A DNA stretch of 64,000 nt from Candidatus Bathyarchaeota archaeon (GTDB lineage: Archaea > Thermoproteota > Bathyarchaeia > 40CM-2-53-6), in assembly GCA_963833125.1 (NCBI GenBank), contig CAWHWX010000019.1, positions 160,001-224,000 on the forward strand. Direction: 5' to 3'. This document shows positions 1 to 9,472 of this stretch, piece by piece. Each line of letters begins with the position of its first letter. The stretch's first letter is position 1. The position numbers and the translations under genes were made by a program. The notes beneath the pieces were generated by a model. It did not search any database, was not told where the DNA came from, and saw nothing but the letters and a program-made list of their open reading frames with translations.

Positions 1-153
1 GACGGGGGCGCAGACTGGGCATTCGAGACTTTCGTAACAACTACCTCGCCACCAATACCTGAATACCCGTTAGGATTGCCGATACTCGCAATTCTCACCA
101 TAATCGCATACGGGATAATCAAGCGCAAAATAAGGCCAAATCAGAACGCTTAG
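1..153 (+). CDS. 3' end of a surface protein with a PEF-CTERM-like sorting tail (partial)
   Basis: Frame 1 reads DGGADWAFETFVTTTSPP-IPEYP-LGLPILAILTIIAYGII-KRKIRPNQNA*: Thr/Pro linker, PEY motif, TM helix, basic tail. Confidence 0.7.
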   Translation, partial: DGGADWAFETFVTTTSPPIPEYPLGLPILAILTIIAYGIIKRKIRPNQNA

Positions 154-215
154 ACCGTTATCCGACGAAAGTTAACAGCCTATTTTACCCGACAATAAGT
201 TACCAGAACCCGCGC

Positions 216-232
216 CCGAAATTTTTATATAG
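216..232 (+). promoter_or_regulatory. BRE/TATA promoter of the thermosome gene
   Basis: CCCGAAATTTTTATATA about 40 bp upstream of ATG 270. Confidence 0.6.
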
Positions 233-269
233 GATTTTTTACCTGCAGTAACAAAAGTGATGATTTCAC

Positions 270-1931
270 ATGTCTAACCAACAGTCGATACCAATCGTAA
301 TTCTGAAGGAAGGAACTCAACGCTCTACCGGCAAGGACGCACAACGAAATAACATTCTCGCAGCGAAAGTAGTTGCCGAGACCGTTAAGACTACTCTCGG
401 CCCGCGGGGTATGGACAAGATGCTCGTCAGTGGGATAGGCGATGTCGTGATTACGAACGACGGCGCCACGATCATGAAGGAACTAGACATCCAACACCCA
501 GCAGCCAAGATGCTCGTCGAAGTCGCCAAGACACAAGACAACGAAGTAGGCGACGGAACCACTACAGCCGTAATCCTAACCGGCGAATTATTAGACAAGG
601 CGGAGCAACTTCTAGACAAAGACGTTCACCCAACCGTAATAGTTGAAGGCTATAGAAAGGCGGCCGATAAGGCTCGGGAGATTCTGGACAGCCTGAGCGA
701 AAAAATAGACCCCAACGACGCCGAAACACTCGGCAAGATAGCTATGACCGCCATGAGCACGAAAGGCGTCACAGGCGCAAAGGATCACCTAGCCAAGATT
801 GCGGTGGACGCAGCACTCCTCGTTAAAGAGACAAGGGACGGCAAGACAAAGGTTGACGTAGACCTCGTTAAGGTGCTTAAGAAACACGGTAAGAGCCTTG
901 AGGAAACAGAACTCGTCCGAGGCATAGTGGTCGACAAGGAAATCGCCCACCCGCAAATGCCCAAACGCATCGACAACGCCAAGATTGCCCTGCTCAACGC
1001 TAAACTCGAAATAGAGAAGACTGAGTTCGATGCGAAAATCAACATCAACAGCCCAGACCAAATGAAAATGTTCCTCGACGAAGAGGAAAAAATGCTCAAA
1101 GAGATGGTTGATGACGTTGTTAAGAGCGGATGCAACTTCCTCTTCTGCGAAAAATCAATCGACGACATAGCCCTACACTTCCTATCCAAGAAAGGCATCT
1201 CCGTAGTCAAGAACATGAGCAGCGGCGATATGGAGAAACTCGCCAAAGCCACCGGAGCTAAGATAATGGCCAGCGTCAAAGACCTAAACGCAGCCTCTCT
1301 CGGGGAAGCAAAAGTTATCGAAGAAACGAAGATCGGCGACGATAAACTAACCTACGTTCGTGACGCCAAAAACCCGATGGCTGTAACTGTCGTGATACGA
1401 GGCGGAACAGAACACGTGGTAGACGAGGCAGACAGATCACTACACGACGCACTATGTGTTGTCCGTGATGCCATCGAGGACGGCAAAATGGTTGCAGGCG
1501 GCGGTGCACCTGAAGCGGAAACCGCGAAGCAACTCAGAGAATACGCCGTCAAGGTAGGCGGGCGTGAGCAGTTGGCCATCGAGGCCTTCGCCGACGCCAT
1601 GGAGGCTATTCCACTCGCACTCGCGGAAAATGCGGGCCTAGACCCAATCGACATCATGGTCGAACTTCGCGCCAAGCATGAGGACCCGGCAAACCGATGG
1701 TTCGGAGTAAACGTGTTTTCAGGAAAGGTCAGGGACATGCGAACCATAAACGTCCTAGAACCGCTGCGAGTAAAGCTACAGGTCGTAAAGTCGGCCACCG
1801 AGGCTGCATCAATGATCCTCCGAATTGACGACGTGGTAGCCTCCAAGGGAGGCAAAGGCGGACCACCCGGCGGAATGCCCCCAGGTGGACCAGGCGGTAT
1901 GGGCGGAATGCCCGGCGGAGAAGACTACTAG
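270..1931 (+). CDS. ths: Thermosome (group II chaperonin) subunit
   Basis: [22 protein letters not shown] motifs; GGM/P-rich C-terminus. Confidence 0.97.
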   Translation: MSNQQSIPIVILKEGTQRSTGKDAQRNNILAAKVVAETVKTTLGPRGMDKMLVSGIGDVVITNDGATIMKELDIQHPAAKMLVEVAKTQDNEVGDGTTTAVILTGELLDKAEQLLDKDVHPTVIVEGYRKAADKAREILDSLSEKIDPNDAETLGKIAMTAMSTKGVTGAKDHLAKIAVDAALLVKETRDGKTKVDVDLVKVLKKHGKSLEETELVRGIVVDKEIAHPQMPKRIDNAKIALLNAKLEIEKTEFDAKININSPDQMKMFLDEEEKMLKEMVDDVVKSGCNFLFCEKSIDDIALHFLSKKGISVVKNMSSGDMEKLAKATGAKIMASVKDLNAASLGEAKVIEETKIGDDKLTYVRDAKNPMAVTVVIRGGTEHVVDEADRSLHDALCVVRDAIEDGKMVAGGGAPEAETAKQLREYAVKVGGREQLAIEAFADAMEAIPLALAENAGLDPIDIMVELRAKHEDPANRWFGVNVFSGKVRDMRTINVLEPLRVKLQVVKSATEAASMILRIDDVVASKGGKGGPPGGMPPGGPGGMGGMPGGEDY

Positions 1932-1963
1932 AATACCCGACGTCTGTCACGCTGACAGACACC

Positions 1964-1996
1964 CTACTTTTTCTTTTTTCACTCTCTTTTCTTTCA
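1964..1996 (+). terminator. Oligo-T archaeal terminator
   Basis: Several T tracts (CTACTTTTTTCTTTTTTCACTCTCTTTTTCTTT) just after the thermosome stop. Confidence 0.6.
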
Positions 1997-2040
1997 TCCT
2001 AATGTAGTTCCCTCCCTATCACATCCATAGGGAGTTCTTC

Positions 2041-3153
2041 TTGTCCACGCCCGTTCAGCCAGTTGTGCTCGTTGCGTCCTCAGAGTTCATCTTGAAGAGC
2101 TCACCAGTCAGGCGAACATTGGAGCAACGCTTAATCGACGACTTGAAATTCGCGCTGACACGTGCATGTTTCGATGGTTTCAGGATCGAGAAAGAAGCTG
2201 CGAGATTAGTCGTACTTGGTGCACGAGGACCGGGGGATCCCGCGATTCCGTGCAGTAATGTATTTGGGGTCGCGTATGCGGCTCCTGCACAATTGTTAGT
2301 CAAGGCGTCCCTAACGGACGTTACCGGAACCATCGTAACCTTAGCTGAGCAACGTCTACAAAATGGGCAATCGTTCGCAGTTCGTGCGCATCGCTCAACC
2401 GACGGGAGTATTTCACGACGTGATGTTGAGGTAAAAGGTGGGGCGGCTGTTTTGCAGTTAATGAAACAGCGGGGCATTGCTGTGGATCTAGATGATCCTG
2501 ATCTAACGTTTTATGTGGATTTGGTCGGGGAAGACGCCTACGTCTATTGCGAAAGGCTCCAAGGACCCGGAGGGCTGCCACTATCCTCTCAATGGAAAAT
2601 GCTCGCAACCCTCGATTCGGGTCCATTCTCGATTCTAGCCGCTTACGCGATGATGCGTCGAGGATGCGTAGTGGAGTTGTTCATCCCAACCTCAGGAATA
2701 ATAGGAGAGCTAGCGATCAGGACACAGCTAGGTCTAGCACGAAGGCTGGATAGGCTTGTAACCAGACCAAATCACAAGGCGTTCACCCTCGAAATCGACC
2801 CGTTACTTGAGAAGAGCTCTAATGATCTTCACTCCAGATCGGATGGGTGGAAGCAGTTGGTTAGGTCGCTGGCGGCCAGATTTGCAAAGGAAAAAAGGTT
2901 CAAGGCGCTGGTGCTCGGAGACGTATCAGGAAATCTACAAGAGTCAACCGCAACAAAAGTTGAACTACCCGTCTTCTACCCGTTGTTAGGGCTAGAAGGG
3001 GAAGACCTTGCTGAGTTGTCTAGCTTAGCCGGGGTAGGTAACGATGAGTTGATGGCCAATGAAGAATTGGCGTACAGTCTGTCTTCGGTCCAAGGCAGAG
3101 ATATTGGGTTCACTACCGAGTTCGGGCATTTGGTGCATGAAGTGAAGTTCTAG
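2041..3153 (+). CDS. THUMP-domain ThiI-like protein with degenerate PP-loop
   Basis: EFILKS N-terminus, VFGVA, SFAVRAHR, VDLDDPD, GPGGLP, AAYAMMRRG, YPLLG; the SGGxDS motif reads DSGPFS. Confidence 0.75.
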   Translation: MSTPVQPVVLVASSEFILKSSPVRRTLEQRLIDDLKFALTRACFDGFRIEKEAARLVVLGARGPGDPAIPCSNVFGVAYAAPAQLLVKASLTDVTGTIVTLAEQRLQNGQSFAVRAHRSTDGSISRRDVEVKGGAAVLQLMKQRGIAVDLDDPDLTFYVDLVGEDAYVYCERLQGPGGLPLSSQWKMLATLDSGPFSILAAYAMMRRGCVVELFIPTSGIIGELAIRTQLGLARRLDRLVTRPNHKAFTLEIDPLLEKSSNDLHSRSDGWKQLVRSLAARFAKEKRFKALVLGDVSGNLQESTATKVELPVFYPLLGLEGEDLAELSSLAGVGNDELMANEELAYSLSSVQGRDIGFTTEFGHLVHEVKF

Positions 3154-4361
3154 GCTCGGCTACCTAGCTTTGCTATTACGTCGCAGGCCGTGGAGATCGC
3201 ATGCATGGATGCGGCTCTTTGGCTGATTCCTTGAGCGTTTTTCCGATACTCATCAGAGTGCAAGATCTTTTCGATGCTTAATTCCAAGGTTTCTCCGTTC
3301 AGTGCGTTTTGGTCGATTGTCCTAGCTACGTGAAGCTGGACGGAGCGGCTGGCGTTGCCGATTTGCTCCGTGTGGTCTGGGATGGGTATGAGGACCATGG
3401 GTTTTCCGGAGAGGAGACACTTCATGATAGTTCCGTGACCGGCTCTACTGACCACGATATCGCTTGCTCTGATGAAATCGTCTTGGTTCTCTAACCAATC
3501 GAAAACCTTCACTCCTCCCTCCCTGTAACCTTTCTTGGAGCCGTTTGGGTCTCCACGGGAGAGCACTACTTGGAATCCGCGGGGCAACTGCTCGAACGAT
3601 TCCAAGAGCTTACGCGCCAATACCTCACGCTCTATTCTTGGTCCACTTACAGCTCCGTATATTACCGGCCGACTGCGATCGAATCCCAACTCGTGTCTAG
3701 TCCGGGCCTCCCCAGCTTCTGAGTTGTCGGCTTCCTCAATAGTCGGTCCAATCAATTTCACTTTCTCGTTGTACCGATTGGGGATCGCAAGGTTTCCGAG
3801 TGAGATTGTGTACGGCGCGGGCAGGTCTGGAATCAATATAACTTGGCTGGTCCCCCAAACCAGTTGAATCGCGGTGCGAATGAAAACCCAACCAATATTG
3901 GCGATGAAGAAGAATAATCTGTCATGCAGGCTTAGCTTTCGGCCCGTCGGGCGTCTCATTATTTCCACTCGAAATTGGTTGAGGATTAACACAACTGGTA
4001 TCCTCAGCAGCCGTGCCGCAACGAGGGATGAGGCTCGTGAATCAGAAACCACCACGTCCGGCCTGAACCGCTTCAGAAACTGAATTTCCCGCGTCACTTG
4101 CCGAAGAAATCTTCTGATGCCTAAAGAGAAACCTGCGGTTGCTGCGGTCATCTTGAAATCTATTGCTCCATCGGCTGTAACCCTGAAGTTCAAGGGAACC
4201 GCCTCGAACGTGGGCAGTTTGTTCCGTTTAGCGTATTCCAGGCCATCAAGGTATGTAGAGAAAACAGTCGGAATCCCGCGTTTGTTGAGTTCTTCAGCAA
4301 TAGGCTGTAAACGCGTTATATGGCCTAGGCCGATTCCGCATGGAGCCATGTATACGCGCAT
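3150..4361 (-). CDS. GT-B glycosyltransferase (GT28/MurG-like)
   Basis: CGIGLGH, PDVVVSD, SRAGHGT, P..DHTEQ..NA motifs. Confidence 0.85.
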   Translation of the reverse strand: MRVYMAPCGIGLGHITRLQPIAEELNKRGIPTVFSTYLDGLEYAKRNKLPTFEAVPLNFRVTADGAIDFKMTAATAGFSLGIRRFLRQVTREIQFLKRFRPDVVVSDSRASSLVAARLLRIPVVLILNQFRVEIMRRPTGRKLSLHDRLFFFIANIGWVFIRTAIQLVWGTSQVILIPDLPAPYTISLGNLAIPNRYNEKVKLIGPTIEEADNSEAGEARTRHELGFDRSRPVIYGAVSGPRIEREVLARKLLESFEQLPRGFQVVLSRGDPNGSKKGYREGGVKVFDWLENQDDFIRASDIVVSRAGHGTIMKCLLSGKPMVLIPIPDHTEQIGNASRSVQLHVARTIDQNALNGETLELSIEKILHSDEYRKNAQGISQRAASMHAISTACDVIAKLGSRA

Positions 4362-4363
4362 TC

Positions 4364-5017
4364 TCAGCCTTCACCAGTCGACTTTCTCCTGACCTTGCCG
4401 GCAGGTTCGAGTTCTTCGAAGATCTCTCCTTCGAATATTTTCACTTCAACTCCTTCAAGGAGCCATGAGTCTGGTGGGAGGCCCGCTTTCAGGCAACAGT
4501 TCATTAGAAACTCGGAAGCATCCCAATTCCACTCTGTCGCGACTTGGGGCAGAAGTAGGCCTGAGTTTTCCCGGTCTTCAACTATTAGTCCATGCCGTCC
4601 AACCTCAATCAGGTTGGGCAGTGTTTTCCGGTCGGGTGTTTTCAACACCTGGGGTTGCGTGAGGGCAGTTACTTCGATCGTAATCGAAGTCTCGAATTCC
4701 CCAAGTGAGACAGCGGGGAACCGTGGATCTTCTGTGGCGGCATATATCGCCGCCCTGATAGTGGAGTCAATGAGCGGATTCTCAGCGTAAGGGAAGCCGA
4801 TGCAACCGCGTAACTCATGAACGGGTTTGATCTTATTCAGAGTAACAAAAACGCCCGATTTCCTTCGTAACTTTTCTGAGGTTTCAATCGGTGATTTGGT
4901 GATTTGGTTCGATTCTAAGTATTTTGTGATTGCAGATCGCGCTGTTCTGACGAGGAGTGTGCCCTCTTCAAGAGTTAGTTTGTTTTGCGCCAGTTGAGGA
5001 GTTTGCTTTGGAGTCAA
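4364..5017 (-). CDS. AMMECR1-family protein
   Basis: GVFVTL, LRGCIG, EDPRF, GLLLPQVA, KAGL motifs. Confidence 0.93.
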   Translation of the reverse strand: MTPKQTPQLAQNKLTLEEGTLLVRTARSAITKYLESNQITKSPIETSEKLRRKSGVFVTLNKIKPVHELRGCIGFPYAENPLIDSTIRAAIYAATEDPRFPAVSLGEFETSITIEVTALTQPQVLKTPDRKTLPNLIEVGRHGLIVEDRENSGLLLPQVATEWNWDASEFLMNCCLKAGLPPDSWLLEGVEVKIFEGEIFEELEPAGKVRRKSTGEG

Positions 5018-5486
5018 GGATTTCCCTCGCCGTCTCGAGCGTTTGCTCGATCTTCATCCAGTGGCTTCCTTGCCAGTAGATTTTGGCGCACTTTGGGTTC
5101 GTGCAGACCCAAAAAGTCGAGTATACTTTAAAAGTTGCTGGGGGCACCGCGCCTTCCACTTCAGCTTTCGGCGTTTCCTTGATCGGTGAGCCGCATGTTG
5201 GACACCTGGAATCCTTAGGGTTGATTTTGAGCGTGAGGTTGTAGCGTTTTGCGAGGTTCGCCAGTCTTTCCGGTTCAGTGCGGCCTTGAATGAGGAATGA
5301 TTCAACGCCGCGAATGGATGCAGTGCGGTAGAGTTCTTCGTCAGAGGTCAACAAGGTGAGGGAATCTCGCTGCGCTGCGGCGAGAAGCTCGTTATCGGAG
5401 CAATCGTTTTCGTACAGGGTTTCGTACCCGAGCATGCGAAGCCATCTTGAAAGTTTGCCTAGCATCCCATCTAGCAGGAACTTCAA
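4968..5486 (-). CDS. Mut7-C RNase (PIN-like + Zn ribbon) protein
   Basis: KFLLDGMLGKLSRWLRMLGY, SRCPTCG, C..C.KIYWQGSH. Confidence 0.9.
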   Translation of the reverse strand: MKFLLDGMLGKLSRWLRMLGYETLYENDCSDNELLAAAQRDSLTLLTSDEELYRTASIRGVESFLIQGRTEPERLANLAKRYNLTLKINPKDSRCPTCGSPIKETPKAEVEGAVPPATFKVYSTFWVCTNPKCAKIYWQGSHWMKIEQTLETAREILDSKANSSTGAKQTNS

Positions 5487-5577
5487 GCAGGTTCACATTT
5501 GGTTAGTCGCCCTTCGGCGAGCCTACAATTTTCCCTCTTCGTTACCACTGCCGCATTTACGCTCGTGTGGGCCTGGA

Positions 5578-6165
5578 TTAGTCTTCGTCGTCTTCTGCGG
5601 GTCCTTCAAGTTCTGCCGCGCAGTCGTCGCAGAGGAACTGGCCATCTTGCGATTTCATTTCTTCGGCCCATGAACCGCATTTGTCGCAGTATCCGCTCAG
5701 GGTCGTGGCTTCTTTTGTTTTTTGGACTGGTGAGATCTGCGATTTTTCTGCCATAACATCGATAAGCGCAGGGGTGATATCGACAATATCGTTGCTGGTT
5801 ATGATGCCTTTTGCCTTTCCGCCTTGAAGGACAATCAATCTCCTGATCTTCAGTTGTCGCATCTTTGTTGCAGCGTCCGTTACGTTCGCTGCGGCGTCAA
5901 TGGTCGATGGTGGTTTGGTCATAGTTTTTCCAGCCGTAACCTTACTTGGAAGTAAGTCAAGCGCAGCTACTCTTCTAACGACATCGCGCTCTGTCATCAG
6001 TCCCAGCGGCTTGCCGGACTTGTCGACCACGACAACGCAACCTATCGCATGTTTCTTCATTAGTTTGGTTGCTGCAAGTACAGTATCCGTCTCGTTCATG
6101 GTTATGACTGGGCTTGACATGACATCCTCGACTTTCACATCTGGGGGATTGGCGGTTGTTGTCAA
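5578..6165 (-). CDS. CBS-pair protein with C-terminal Zn finger
   Basis: Tandem CBS repeats (MSSPVIT, GLMTERD, GIITSND) and GYCDKC...LCDDC. Confidence 0.88.
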   Translation of the reverse strand: MTTTANPPDVKVEDVMSSPVITMNETDTVLAATKLMKKHAIGCVVVVDKSGKPLGLMTERDVVRRVAALDLLPSKVTAGKTMTKPPSTIDAAANVTDAATKMRQLKIRRLIVLQGGKAKGIITSNDIVDITPALIDVMAEKSQISPVQKTKEATTLSGYCDKCGSWAEEMKSQDGQFLCDDCAAELEGPAEDDED

Positions 6166-6299
6166 TGAGGGTCACAATTGGAATCTTTTTCGGGGCCTTA
6201 AGGGCTTTGCTGGGGCATCTGGGAGCGACAGGCAAGTATTATCTAGAGAACGCGTGCTAGGTGGCCGTAAATGTCAGGTTGGGTTGGAACGGGAGAGAG

Positions 6300-6641
6300 T
6301 TGACTACACCTACACCGGCTACTACTACTCAAGTTCAACCAAAGCCTTTCCTCAAGCCGTCCTCGGTCGTCTATTGGCTTCGGTTCGTCCTAGCGATCCT
6401 TGCAGGCCTATCCAACCAATTACTCCACATCAATTATGCCAGTTTCGGTGATGCTTCCACCTACGTCGGCATCGGTCTCGGCGTAGCATTCTACTTGCTC
6501 TCAGTTCTAATCGTGCGGCATGTGCTTCATTATGGCGTAGCTGAGCTCAGGGGCAAGAATCGCGACATAACATTAGGCGGAGGCACTTTCATCTTCATCT
6601 GGATCATGGTGACCGTGCTCTTCTACACGATCAGTGTCTAG
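6300..6641 (+). CDS. Small 3-TM protein, EMC6/OPTI (Rab5ip)-like
   Basis: VVYWLRFVLAILAG ... ELRGKNRDITLGGGTFIFIWIMVTVLFYT; TTG 6300 preceded by purine-rich GGGAGAG. Confidence 0.6.
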   Translation: MTTPTPATTTQVQPKPFLKPSSVVYWLRFVLAILAGLSNQLLHINYASFGDASTYVGIGLGVAFYLLSVLIVRHVLHYGVAELRGKNRDITLGGGTFIFIWIMVTVLFYTISV

Positions 6642-6647
6642 AGAAAA

Positions 6648-7088
6648 TCAATCTGATTTCTTTGGGGTGGCCGGCTCTACGGCAGGTCCGGCGTGTTCCA
6701 GTTTTCTGAGATAACTTTCCAGTGCTTGGAAGTATCCACGGTCAAAGTCGCCGTGTAGCGCATTCTTTGTCTGTTGGCTGAATTCCCTGCGAAGGTTCTT
6801 GAGGTTCTTGGGTGTCTTCTCGATCTTCGAAAGGTAAAGGTACCTGTCTTCGTTAGATTTGGCGGTTAGGAGCAGTCCTTCGAGCGCCTTGAGATAACCT
6901 TTCGCGGATTCGGTGGAAGGAAGGGTTGCTCGTACAGTATCCAGTTCTTTCTCTGCGTCAGCGATTCTTCTCTCGATCAGTGCCTGGAAGAGTCTATCCG
7001 TGTTGAAGGTCGGGGTAGGTTCTGGTTTGGGTGTGGGTTTCTCAGCGTCTGCGTTTGACTTCGTCTTCTTCGGAGATATCTTTGACAC
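6648..7088 (-). CDS. Hypothetical helical protein downstream of radA
   Basis: 146-aa ORF overlapping the radA 3' end; repeated GY..ALE motif. Confidence 0.7.
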   Translation of the reverse strand: MSKISPKKTKSNADAEKPTPKPEPTPTFNTDRLFQALIERRIADAEKELDTVRATLPSTESAKGYLKALEGLLLTAKSNEDRYLYLSKIEKTPKNLKNLRREFSQQTKNALHGDFDRGYFQALESYLRKLEHAGPAVEPATPKKSD

Positions 7089-8177
7089 CTTCCTCAGTTA
7101 TCTTGAATATGCGTTCCCCTTCGGGTAGGTACGGGCTGGAAATGAGCCTACATATCCTAACTGGGCCACTTGCTGTGCGCCTCAAGAACATCCTAGTATG
7201 GCTCGTGTGGGATACTATATGTCCTCCGACCGGCTCGACCACCATAGCGAAGAACGCGTCAGGTTTAGACATAACCTGATTCGTAACCACAGCACACGCA
7301 TTGAACGCCCGAGAAAGTCTAACCAAACGGTGCAAGTGGCTGTTAAGTTTCTGCTGCCGTTCAGCGAGCATCTCTCGGCCTAGGTACTCGCTTCGGAAAT
7401 GTGCGGTCAGCGAATCCACTATGATCAGCTTCACATTGTTTTCCTGTATGACCTGGTCTGCCTTCTCAAGGAGAAGGATTTGATGGTCAGAATTGAAGGC
7501 TTCACTGAATAGATGATTTTCTTCGCGGTTTCGGTGGGGTCGAGTCCAAGTGTTTTGGCCATGCGGACTATCCATTCGGGACGGAATGTGTTTTCTGTAT
7601 CAATGTAAAGAGCGGAGCCATTGAGGCCGCCTTTTTCTTCAGGTAATTGGACGTTTACTGCGAGTTGATGGCAGAGTATACTTTTGCCCACTCCGTACTC
7701 GCCATAGAATTCTGTTATTGTTTGAGTTTCTAATCCTCCGCCCAGAAGTTCATCGAGTTGCCTACTGATCGTTGTGAGGCGTCGTACGTTCTGTCTCATT
7801 TTGATTAGTTCGTCGGCTCTAATGAAGCTGAGCGCAAGGCTATCCCTGGCCTCTGAGACTACTTTAGCCGCCTGTTTTTCGCCGACCCCCGCTATAGTCA
7901 ATTCCTTAATCGTGGCTGTGGCAAGTGATTCGACGGTGTGAAAACCCATCTCTCTAAGTTTCTCAGCAGTCGCGGGCCCAACGCCCGGTATGTCTTCTAT
8001 GAACTCAAACTTTTTCTGCGGTTTCTCAACAGCCGCCGTCTCAACCTTTTCTTCCTCTACGGGTTCCTCTCGTTTTTCCTCGGGAATTTCCTCCCGGGTC
8101 TCCTTCTCCGCCTTCTCCTTAGTCTCCTTTCCCTTAGCTTTCTCTTTCAAGACTTGGGTCGTTGACAACACTAACAC
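7042..8177 (-). CDS. radA: DNA recombinase RadA (one frameshift near 7505)
   Basis: Hh[13 protein letters not shown], Walker [19 protein letters not shown] in ORF 7431-8177; [15 protein letters not shown] in ORF 7042-7575. Confidence 0.93.
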
Positions 8178-8300
8178 CCTGCTTATTTCAAGATTGGCTA
8201 GATTTCTTAGTGGCGTTGCTTGATATAACGGAGAGAGGAGGATGAAAGTACCGTCGGAACCCTTGAAACAATCTTATAGAAACCTTGGGAAAGTCTGTCA

Positions 8301-9068
8301 ATGGCACTGATAGTGAAGAATAGCCCACCCCTTTCTGAAGCAGCTGAAATCCTCGAGAAAGCGTTCCGGGCAAGAAATCTCGTCATTATCATTGGTAATT
8401 GTAGGGTTGACTATGAGGGTCGGGCGTCATCAACCTTGGAATGGGGAGAGAGAATTGCTATGATCAAAGAAGATGGATCTGTGTTGGTACATCGACCGAC
8501 CGGATACGAACCTGTAAATTGGCAACCCCCAAAATGCATGGTAAGCTTGAGGGTCGATGACAATACATTAGTGGTTAACGCGTCCCGGCCCCAACCTAAA
8601 GAGACCGTTTCCATCGGATTCAAAGAAATCATGTTAGTCGCTACCGGGAAGCTTGCGGATTCAGGTGAATTCGCACTCCACGTTACTGAGGAACAAATGA
8701 AACAGGCTATCCTTACCGCTCCTGACCTTGTGGAAGAGGGATTGAAGCCTCTTCAGCAGGAGAAGAGCCTAGGCGAAGCCGGGTTTACTGATATCTTTGC
8801 CGAGGACAAGCAGGGTAACCTTGTCGTTATAGAGATAAAGAGACTGGCAGCATCGAAGGACGCGGTGATGCAGCTTCAAAGATACCTCGACACGTTGAGA
8901 AAGAGAATCAACAGGCAAATTAGAGGCATAGTGGTTGCACCGGAGCTTCGAAAAAACGCACAACCTCCATTGAACACTCTGAAATTGGAGTTTATCCGAC
9001 TAGCACCGGAAAAATGTTTTACAGTGTTGAAGAGTCGAAAGGATGCAAAACTAAGCCAATTTCTATGA
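8301..9068 (+). CDS. nucS: Mismatch endonuclease NucS/EndoMS
   Basis: YEGRA, DGSVLVH, PVNWQPP, D...EIKR, QLQRY. Confidence 0.93.
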   Translation: MALIVKNSPPLSEAAEILEKAFRARNLVIIIGNCRVDYEGRASSTLEWGERIAMIKEDGSVLVHRPTGYEPVNWQPPKCMVSLRVDDNTLVVNASRPQPKETVSIGFKEIMLVATGKLADSGEFALHVTEEQMKQAILTAPDLVEEGLKPLQQEKSLGEAGFTDIFAEDKQGNLVVIEIKRLAASKDAVMQLQRYLDTLRKRINRQIRGIVVAPELRKNAQPPLNTLKLEFIRLAPEKCFTVLKSRKDAKLSQFL

Positions 9069-9164
9069 TAACTCTCCGGAACGGAGGTTCGACTCTTATC
9101 GACTACAGGGAGCAAGCTTATTTAGCGTAAGATCGTGATTCGCCGGAAGAATCAGTGGAACGCT

Positions 9165-9410
9165 TTGGAACCTTCAAGAAAACCTCTCAACTTGCTCGTG
9201 AAGAAACTCAACGGCGACGTCAACATCCGGCTGAAGAACGATGTCGAATACCGCGGCAAGATGATCGATGCAGATAGCCACATGAACATCATACTCGAAG
9301 GAGCCACCGAATACCGCGGCAATACCCCCACGGCAAACTACGGAAACGTAATACTGAGAGGAAGTAACATACTATACATCTGTGTCGACGCTACCAAACA
9401 ACCCACCTAA
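9165..9410 (+). CDS. Sm-like (LSm/SmAP) protein
   Basis: Sm1 G.M...D.HMNIIL and Sm2 ILRGSNI; TTG start chosen at 9165. Confidence 0.9.
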   Translation: MEPSRKPLNLLVKKLNGDVNIRLKNDVEYRGKMIDADSHMNIILEGATEYRGNTPTANYGNVILRGSNILYICVDATKQPT

Positions 9411-9472
9411 GCGTATCCCGGACCGAGCCACTCACTGTCCGTGTCTTGGGCTCGCAGTTGGCGTGATGTCAG

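Noticed and set aside
7490-7520. Programmed frameshift or intein in radA
   Set aside because: No slippery heptamer or extra domain; same pattern as the other indels
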